From Promethearchaeota archaeon (GTDB lineage Archaea; Asgardarchaeota; Thorarchaeia; Thorarchaeales; Thorarchaeaceae), in contig JALVPN010000116.1 of the NCBI GenBank assembly GCA_027031765.1, forward strand, positions 1 to 13,119: 13,119 bases of DNA, given 5' to 3'. Below are positions 7,210 to 13,119 of this stretch, piece by piece. Position 1 is the stretch's first letter, and each line of letters starts with the position of its first letter. The position numbers were made by a program, and so were the translations under genes. The notes under the pieces were generated by a model. The model ran no database searches. It saw only the letters and a list, made by a program, of their open reading frames with translations, and was not told the origin of the DNA.

Positions 7210-8262
7210 TCACTCAGTGCCCGTTGTATTGTCCCCCTCTGTGGCTGCCACCGGTCGTACCGGGATTGGGGCCGCCCCGAGTGCATGCAGGGCTTCTTGT
7301 AGGTCATCCCTTTCTCCCCGCTGCAATGCCTCCTGTAGGGTCAGGGCCACAGCATTCATGGTCAGCAGACGGACATCCTTGACGCCCAGCTCTTCATACT
7401 CCGAGGGCACAGGATTCCTGACGTAGTATTCACCGTCTTTGTCACCGCCCACCCGCTTCGTGAACACCCGCTCCCATGACGTCCACCACCACGTCACGTC
7501 CGGGTGGGTGTCATCACCCGCCAGTCGAGCAATGACCTGTCGGACAGCGCCCTTCTCGTCGGATATTGACTCGACCCTCGCAGACCCGTGCAGCCCCTTG
7601 ACCTCTGCAATGACCTTTGGCTTCCGATAGACGCTCAGGCCGTCGACCTGTGCCCTGTCGATTGCTATGTAGACCCGTTCAACCCCGGGGACGCGCTGCT
7701 GTTGCCGTGCCAGCCATAGGGCCTCACGGAGCAACGGGAGTGTGAAGTCGGGGGACGCTGCATTTGATGTGGCAAGGAAACCGAGGAGTACTGACAGTGC
7801 CAACTGGAGTGGGAGTACCACTGCAAAGACGATGGGGATGTACTGCCCAACAAGCGTGTCCACTGTAGATGCGTAGGCCACAACCCCCACTGCGAACAGG
7901 GTGAGCAGCAGCGGGGCGTAGAACGCCACCATGTGACCGTTGGGTACGAGCCGCACGTACTGCCGGGGATACGACCGTGCCAGTGCTGCCACCTCGTCCG
8001 TGGTCATGTCCACAGTAGTGTACTCCCACTCAGGGCTGTGGTACTCGACAGCGTTCTTTGCATAGCGGCCAAGCATGACGCCACCCAAGGCCACAAGCAC
8101 CACGAGCCCGAGTGTTGCAGCCGCCAGTACCACGGGTTCGGCCACGTACCTCTCATAGAACTGGGTGCCAAAGACATATCCGAGGTACGTGAGTGCGAGG
8201 GCACACAGGACAGTGACGGCCCGGACACTGCTCAGTGGCCTGTATCTGATGGGCTCCGACAT
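7210..8262 (-). CDS. 4-TM membrane protein, paralog A of a tandem trio (350 aa)
   Basis: ATG start with GGAG upstream and a CTTAAG box about 42 nt upstream. Same loop motif, plus VPGV...G....R.........GLHGSARV. Confidence 0.85.
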   Translation of the reverse strand: MSEPIRYRPLSSVRAVTVLCALALTYLGYVFGTQFYERYVAEPVVLAAATLGLVVLVALGGVMLGRYAKNAVEYHSPEWEYTTVDMTTDEVAALARSYPRQYVRLVPNGHMVAFYAPLLLTLFAVGVVAYASTVDTLVGQYIPIVFAVVLPLQLALSVLLGFLATSNAASPDFTLPLLREALWLARQQQRVPGVERVYIAIDRAQVDGLSVYRKPKVIAEVKGLHGSARVESISDEKGAVRQVIARLAGDDTHPDVTWWWTSWERVFTKRVGGDKDGEYYVRNPVPSEYEELGVKDVRLLTMNAVALTLQEALQRGERDDLQEALHALGAAPIPVRPVAATEGDNTTGTE

Positions 8263-8298
8263 CTCGACATCTCCGCAGGCTGCACCTTGGGGGTACGT

Positions 8299-8304
8299 CT
8301 TAAG
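8299..8304 (-). promoter_or_regulatory. TATA-like box (CTTAAG) for the paralog trio
   Basis: AT-rich hexamer in the divergent intergenic region, about 40 nt upstream of ATG 8262. Confidence 0.45.
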
Positions 8305-8438
8305 GCTCTTGTGGACCCGTCACTGTAGACCGTGGGGTGGGTGCGGCCCTCTCTCTGGGCCGACTCGGGCACTGTTGTCTTCGGGAACCCATGGCCTCCT
8401 GTGCTTGCGGGTCGTCGGCCCACAGCCAGAGGCATAGA

Positions 8439-8445
8439 CTTTAAT
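8439..8445 (+). promoter_or_regulatory. TATA-like box (CTTTAAT) for the malic enzyme gene
   Basis: Lies 60 nt upstream of ATG 8499. Confidence 0.45.
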
Positions 8446-8498
8446 CTGGGAGCGGGGCCGCAACACGCGAACGAATCCTGCCAAGGAAGTATGGAAGG

Positions 8499-9860
8499 AT
8501 GTCTGACGAGAAGCTCACAGTGGAGGAACTGAAAAAGAAGGCTGAGAAGCCCGGCAAGGATGCAATGATACTGCATCCCTTCTACCAGGGCAAGATCCAG
8601 AGCATCGGCAAGGCGCCTGTGCGCTCATTTGACGACTTTGCAATCTGGTACACCCCTGGCGTGGCGAAGCCGTGCCTGGCCATCCGTGACAACCCGGAGA
8701 CCGTATTCGAACACACGAACAAGGGGAACATGGTCGCGGTCGTCAGTGATGGGACCCGTGTGCTGGGCCTCGGCGACATCGGCCCGTATGCAGCAGGGCC
8801 TGTGATGGAGGGCAAGGCAATCCTGTTCAAGTACCTGGGGGGTGTGGACGCATGGCCCGTCTGTCTTGATACAAAAGACCCTGACAAGATCATCGAGACC
8901 GTGAAGATCCTCCAGCCCTCTTTTGGAGGTGTCAACCTTGAGGACATTGCCAAGCCCAAGTGCTACAAGATACTGGAGGAGCTCAGGAACGACCCGGAGG
9001 TCACAATCCCCGTCTGGCACGATGACGCTCAGGGCACGGCCACTGTCGTGCTTGCAGGCGTCCTCGGTGGCCTGAACGTGGTGAAGAAGGAGATTGAGAA
9101 CGTAAGGGTCGTACTCTTGGGCGCTGGCGCCGCAAACACACGCACAGCATACCTGCTGTTTGCAGCGGGGGTCGACCCCAAGAACACCGTACTGGTAGAC
9201 CGCAAGGGCGCACTCTATGCTGACCGCGAGGACATTGTGGAGAACAAGGACAACGACCCCTTCAAGTATGACCTTGCACAGAAGACGAACCCCGACAGGA
9301 TGGCCGGCGGCCTCGGTGACGTAATCGATGGCTTTGATGTGCTGATATCTGCCTCGACACCCGTGCCCGGCACAATCAAGAAGGAGTGGGTCTCCAAGAT
9401 GGCCGATGACGCCATCGTGTTCGCCTGTGCCAACCCAATCCCCGAGATATGGCCGTGGGATGCAAAGGACGCCGGCGCACGGATTGTCGGCACTGGTCGT
9501 AGTGATTTCCCCAACCAGATCAACAACTCCCTCGGTTTCCCCGGTATCTTCAGGGGCACCCTCGACGTGAGGGCCACGACAATCACCGACGAGATGTGTG
9601 TGGCCGCAGCAAAGGCGTTGGCTGACCTCGGTGCCAAGCACGCGTCCGAAGACCGTGTCATCCCGACCATGGACCAGTGGGAGCTGTATCCGCTGGAGGC
9701 CACAGCTGTTGGAATGAAGGCCATCGAACAGGGCATTGCCCACAAGCACTGGGAGGAGAAGGAACTCTACGAACATGCTGAGCATGTCATCAGGGTCGCC
9801 CGTGCTGCGTCGGAGATGCTCTACAAGGAGGGCTTCATCCCGAAGGCCCCACCCACATAG
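8499..9860 (+). CDS. mae: NAD(P)-dependent malic enzyme (short archaeal/bacterial type, no PTA domain), 453 aa
   Basis: WYTPGVA (catalytic Tyr), VSDGTRVLGLGDIG, VMEGKA (catalytic Lys), NLEDI and WHDD (metal ligands), GAGAA dinucleotide motif, ACANPIPEI, GTGRSDFPNQINNSLGFPGIFRGTLD. VDRKG hints at NADP preference. Confidence 0.97.
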   Translation: MSDEKLTVEELKKKAEKPGKDAMILHPFYQGKIQSIGKAPVRSFDDFAIWYTPGVAKPCLAIRDNPETVFEHTNKGNMVAVVSDGTRVLGLGDIGPYAAGPVMEGKAILFKYLGGVDAWPVCLDTKDPDKIIETVKILQPSFGGVNLEDIAKPKCYKILEELRNDPEVTIPVWHDDAQGTATVVLAGVLGGLNVVKKEIENVRVVLLGAGAANTRTAYLLFAAGVDPKNTVLVDRKGALYADREDIVENKDNDPFKYDLAQKTNPDRMAGGLGDVIDGFDVLISASTPVPGTIKKEWVSKMADDAIVFACANPIPEIWPWDAKDAGARIVGTGRSDFPNQINNSLGFPGIFRGTLDVRATTITDEMCVAAAKALADLGAKHASEDRVIPTMDQWELYPLEATAVGMKAIEQGIAHKHWEEKELYEHAEHVIRVARAASEMLYKEGFIPKAPPT

Positions 9861-9871
9861 TCTGGAAATGT

Positions 9872-10174
9872 TCAGTCACACGGTGCGGCAGGGCCCTGTG
9901 TCCTGCCGCCCAGCCGCTCTTTCTCTTTTTCCACCGTGCTCTTCCTGTCAGCGAGCCGTCCAGCCAGTCGTGGTTTCCTGCTTGTCATGTCCTGCTGTGG
10001 CCTGTCCTCATCCCCCGGTCGGTCTGCCTGTTGGGGCTGGCCCACAGCATGCGGTCTCGTCTCCATCGGGGCCCTGCTGACCTGCATCCCTCTATTCTTG
10101 AAGTGTGAGGTGTGCAGCACATCCAGTACACCATGTGGCTGCGGTCTGATGGTCACGCAGACCCTCTGTGTCAT
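9872..10174 (-). CDS. Doubtful hydrophilic hypothetical protein (100 aa)
   Basis: Fills the gap between converging genes, 24 nt after the upstream stop on the same strand, with purine-rich sense strand. No recognisable motif. Confidence 0.3.
   Translation of the reverse strand: MTQRVCVTIRPQPHGVLDVLHTSHFKNRGMQVSRAPMETRPHAVGQPQQADRPGDEDRPQQDMTSRKPRLAGRLADRKSTVEKEKERLGGRTQGPAAPCD
9918..9930 (+). terminator. Possible archaeal U-rich terminator of mae
   Basis: Pyrimidine tract TCTTTCTCTTTTT about 60 nt after the stop. It could equally just encode EKEKE on the opposite strand. Confidence 0.3.
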
Positions 10175-10198
10175 CCACAGTGCTGGTGCACGGGGTGG

Positions 10199-12181
10199 TC
10201 ACAGACGCAGCCGCCGCCAGAGCACCAGTGAGCCCACAGTGACCGGTACGATTGTCAGGAGGAACAGTATGAAGAGGATGTTCACCCTCGGGTTTGCGTC
10301 CTCACCGTCAATGACCAGGTCCATGTCGTTGTCCGGACTGAGGGGGTTCAGGTGTTCCTGCACCTCCAAGAGGTCTGAGATGCCATCGCCGTCCGTGTCT
10401 GCCTCTAGCGGGTCCGTACCGATCTGTGCCTCCACAGGGTCTGGCAGGCCGTCAAAGTCACCGTCCTGTGAGAACGGGTCCGCACCATACCTATACTCTT
10501 CGAGGTTGGTCAGGTTGTCGTGGTCTGGGTCCAGGGCGGAGTCGTTCACGAGGGGGTCGGTACGGAAGACCACTTCCCAGTTGTCACTGCACCCGTCGTT
10601 GTCCGTGTCGTTGTCGCGCGGCGACGTACCAATCAGCACTTCGCGCAGGTTGGTGAGCCCATCACTATCAAGGTCGAGGTCACCGTCATCATAGAGTGGG
10701 TCAAGGCCGTAGCGCACCTCTGCGTAGTCGTTCATCCCGTCCCCGTCGGTGTCCGGGAGGAAAATGTCCGTCCCTGCAGCGGTCTCGTTGGCATCTGGCA
10801 GCCCGTCGCCGTCCCAGTCGAGCGGCGGGTCTGGGGGTGGCCATGAGTATTGGGCGCAGTCGTATACGCCATTGCCGTCTGTGTCAGAGTAGTAGTACAG
10901 GCTGACCCGGACGGTCACGGTCTTGTTACCACGGTTCCGTACGATAACGGTTGCCGGGCCTATCAGTGCCGGCTCCGGACATGTGAGGGAGAAGTTCTTC
11001 GAGGTGATGTCCTGTTCTGGCAGGAGGTCTGCCGTGGAGTTGTAGACCCTGATGGACACATCCCCTGCCGAGGAGACCGTCCCGTTCAACATGAGGTGTT
11101 GTCTGGCCGTCACTATCGTGGTCAGGCGGGCCGTGGAGTATGGCTCGATGGTCCTGTACAGTTTCTCCATGGACTGCACCCCGTTGCCCTTCATCCCAAG
11201 GTACACGGCCGTTGCTGCTGCAGCCCTGGCAAGGTACCATGCCTGTGTGCGGTTGTAGTCCGGACTGCTGGTGCTGTCCTGTGGTGGAAACTCTGGGTCT
11301 ATGTGGTGGCCACTTGCAATATTGACGGCGGGCAGTCCAGCGTCCCAGAACGGCCTCTGGTCCGTCTGCTCTCCCAGTCCCTCTTCTGCCGTCATAATGT
11401 TGAGGCCAGACTTCCTCATGAAGTTCATCAACAGCTCCGCCAAGTATCTGCTCTTGTGCCAGCCGACTACCCCCTCGTAGTAGTACTGCGCCACAAGCCG
11501 TTCCGATTCCGGTTGTAGTGGGTCACGATATAGGACCTCGTCGAAGTTGAATGACGCAATCACGTGCACGCCCTGTTCCTTGAGGAACTGCACGGTCTCC
11601 CTAGAGCCCCAGAGGGCCCTGACGTTCTTCTGACTGTCCAAGAACTGTGTGTTCCCTTGGTAGAAACAGTAGTATATATTGATGGGGAGCCTGAAGTGAG
11701 AGAGTGAGGCTGCAATAGCCGCGACCACAGCGCAGCCACCTGCATTCTGTTGTACCTGAAGGCCGCCATCTTCGTCCGTGTCCAGGTGGGCCCCGAACAC
11801 AATCGCCCTACTGTCATTGCCGTATCCGGGTTGATATCCTATCACTGAGTCGTGCAGTCCCGAGAACGAGGCCACAATCCCCATCGACTCCAGCAGGTCA
11901 ACAAGGTAGTCTGCTGCAGCGTAGTAGCCATCACTGGTACCGTACCTGTTGCGGAATTTGGCAATCCGGTCCAGCGGGGTCAGGAAGTCCTCGTACCCGA
12001 CAAACTCCCACGCAATGTCGTACCAGTTGAGTAGATTGTAGGGGTGACGGGCGACCGGTGTGTGTGTCTTCTCCCCCTTGTCCGTCCCATTGGACGGACC
12101 TAGGACGCTCACGTATGTCCAGCCCCCAGCGACCAGTACTGCCACCACGACGAGTGCGGCTGCAACCTTGCGTCTGTTCAC
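10199..12181 (-). CDS. Cell-surface M28 peptidase-fold protein (apparently degenerate active site) with beta-rich domain, Asp-rich Ca-binding repeats and C-terminal TM anchor, 660 aa
   Basis: GTG 12181 with AGGAGGT 6 nt upstream. MNRRK plus a hydrophobic N-terminal segment; M28-like IVFGAHLDT, NAGG, NFD, TDQRPF.DAGLPAV; about 9 DxDxDG repeats; ILFILFLLTIVPVTVGSLVLW-RRLRL terminus; 11 N-X-S/T sequons. Confidence 0.9.
   Translation of the reverse strand: MNRRKVAAALVVVAVLVAGGWTYVSVLGPSNGTDKGEKTHTPVARHPYNLLNWYDIAWEFVGYEDFLTPLDRIAKFRNRYGTSDGYYAAADYLVDLLESMGIVASFSGLHDSVIGYQPGYGNDSRAIVFGAHLDTDEDGGLQVQQNAGGCAVVAAIAASLSHFRLPINIYYCFYQGNTQFLDSQKNVRALWGSRETVQFLKEQGVHVIASFNFDEVLYRDPLQPESERLVAQYYYEGVVGWHKSRYLAELLMNFMRKSGLNIMTAEEGLGEQTDQRPFWDAGLPAVNIASGHHIDPEFPPQDSTSSPDYNRTQAWYLARAAAATAVYLGMKGNGVQSMEKLYRTIEPYSTARLTTIVTARQHLMLNGTVSSAGDVSIRVYNSTADLLPEQDITSKNFSLTCPEPALIGPATVIVRNRGNKTVTVRVSLYYYSDTDGNGVYDCAQYSWPPPDPPLDWDGDGLPDANETAAGTDIFLPDTDGDGMNDYAEVRYGLDPLYDDGDLDLDSDGLTNLREVLIGTSPRDNDTDNDGCSDNWEVVFRTDPLVNDSALDPDHDNLTNLEEYRYGADPFSQDGDFDGLPDPVEAQIGTDPLEADTDGDGISDLLEVQEHLNPLSPDNDMDLVIDGEDANPRVNILFILFLLTIVPVTVGSLVLWRRLRL
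10289..10885 (-). repeat. About 9 protein-level DxDxDGxxD/NxxE...DP repeats (thrombospondin type 3-like Ca-binding)
   Basis: Units begin DTDGNG, DWDGDG, DTDGDG, DLDSDG, DTDNDG, DPDHDN, DGDFDG, DTDGDG, DNDMDL, with periods of 22 or 26 aa. Confidence 0.85.
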
Positions 12182-12187
12182 GAGCGG

Positions 12188-12194
12188 ACCTCCT
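12188..12194 (-). promoter_or_regulatory. Shine-Dalgarno sequence AGGAGGT
   Basis: ACCTCCT on the + strand, 6 nt from GTG 12181. Supports this start over the ORF-track start at 12271. Confidence 0.75.
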
Positions 12195-12232
12195 GGGCCG
12201 GCCTGTAGCTGTCCCACATCGGTCGTCACTGA

Positions 12233-12242
12233 CAATAAATAT
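12233..12242 (-). promoter_or_regulatory. TATA-like box (ATATTTATTG) for the surface protein
   Basis: The most AT-rich stretch of this divergent intergenic region, about 60 nt upstream of GTG 12181. Confidence 0.5.
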
Positions 12243-12351
12243 GCGCCGGAAACAGCACCGCAGCCGCGCACACTTGACCAAGATTATTAGGTACCGCTCA
12301 CATGCTTGCCACACTCGGCCATGCAGTAGGCGAGATTTCATACTGGACGGT

Positions 12352-13119
12352 GTGTCCTTGCTACATGAGAAGTGTGTAAGGTGCGGCTCTTGTGTCAAGA
12401 TATGCCCGGCCTTTGATGCTGGTGGTGAGGAACAGTTCTCTCCGCGTGGACGCGTGTACGTGCTCCAGGTGATGGGCCTCATCGGCGACGATAAGGAGCT
12501 GGCGAGAGAGTTCCGCAGGGTGCTGTTCCAGTGCACCATGTGCGCACGCTGTGCTGAGGTGTGCTCATCTGATGTCGACCTCCTCAGGATCTGGCACGAG
12601 CAGCGACTCAGTGCCTATCAGACGGCGCCCGAGGAGTTCGAGTATCTGGAGGCCCTGAAGAAGGCACTTGCAAACGTCCACAATATCTACGGTCTGCCAA
12701 ACGACGACCGCGCAATCTACTGGCTTGATGAGCTGGAGGACGAAGTCCCGGGCATTGAGGGACGACTGTACGAGCCCGGTAAAAAGGCCGAGGTCGTCGT
12801 GTTCCTCGGCTGTCTCATGTCCTTCCGGGGCACCCAGATAGACGTCTTGCGTGCGTTCCTGAGGGCCCTGGAACACGCAGGGACAGACTACCTCGTGCTC
12901 GGTGCAGAGGAGTTCTGCTGTGGCCATCCCCTCGACCTCATGGGCGACGGCGAGTCTGCTGAGCAGCTGCGTGCACACAACCGCTCCGTGATCGAGGCTA
13001 CGGGGGCGCAGACAGTAGTGACCTGTTGTCCAGGCTGTCTGGTGCAGCTCCGTGAGCACCACCGGCTCGGTGATGTCGAGTGCCTGCACCACACCGAGTT
13101 CCTTGACAGGGTGTTCGAG
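12352..13119 (+). CDS. (Fe-S)-binding oxidoreductase, HdrD/GlpC-like (two 4Fe-4S motifs + CCG domain); runs off the window end
   Basis: Hand translation of + frame 1 (absent from the ORF track because there is no stop): CVRCGSCVKICP, SPRGR, CTMCARCAEVCS, HNIYG, VFLGC, EEFCCGHP, TCCPGC, HHTEFL. Probable start GTG 12352; the frame is open from ATG 12241. Confidence 0.92.
   Translation, partial: MSLLHEKCVRCGSCVKICPAFDAGGEEQFSPRGRVYVLQVMGLIGDDKELAREFRRVLFQCTMCARCAEVCSSDVDLLRIWHEQRLSAYQTAPEEFEYLEALKKALANVHNIYGLPNDDRAIYWLDELEDEVPGIEGRLYEPGKKAEVVVFLGCLMSFRGTQIDVLRAFLRALEHAGTDYLVLGAEEFCCGHPLDLMGDGESAEQLRAHNRSVIEATGAQTVVTCCPGCLVQLREHHRLGDVECLHHTEFLDRVFE

Noticed and set aside
8625-9785. 386-aa ORF antisense to the malic enzyme gene
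   Set aside because: Shadow frame of a GC-rich, well-conserved gene; no protein-like features.
9936-10694. 252-aa + strand ORF
   Set aside because: Ser/Arg/Cys-rich antisense shadow of the Asp-rich repeats and C-terminal anchor.
12565-13092. 175-aa - strand ORF
   Set aside because: Antisense shadow of the HdrD-like gene on the + strand.
1-13119. CRISPR array, IS/transposase, integrase, tRNA or rRNA
   Set aside because: No regularly spaced repeats, terminal inverted repeats, recombinase motifs or RNA gene signatures were seen.

Overview
GC-rich (roughly 60%) archaeal-looking chromosomal segment. TATA-like boxes, an AGGAGGT ribosome-binding site, an HdrD-type Fe-S protein, a short malic enzyme and a sequon-rich surface protein point to an archaeon; an Asgard (Thorarchaeia-like) origin is my inference and is unverified. 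Left to right: a DUF3467-like small protein in lower-GC DNA; a ~520-nt intergenic gap with an imperfect direct repeat; a Helicase_C_3 (XPB-N/Tfb2-like) protein translationally coupled to a short MetE-like Zn methyltransferase; an unknown polytopic membrane protein; a small 2-TM protein; three tandem, divergent paralogous 4-TM membrane proteins of a family I do not recognise (best novelty candidate); an NAD(P)-dependent malic enzyme; a doubtful orphan ORF; a membrane-anchored M28-fold protein lacking most catalytic residues and carrying about 9 Asp-rich Ca-binding repeats; and the 5' part of an HdrD/GlpC-like Fe-S protein that the ORF track misses. I saw no rRNA, tRNA, CRISPR array, transposase or integrase. 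All family calls are motif recognition by eye, not database results.
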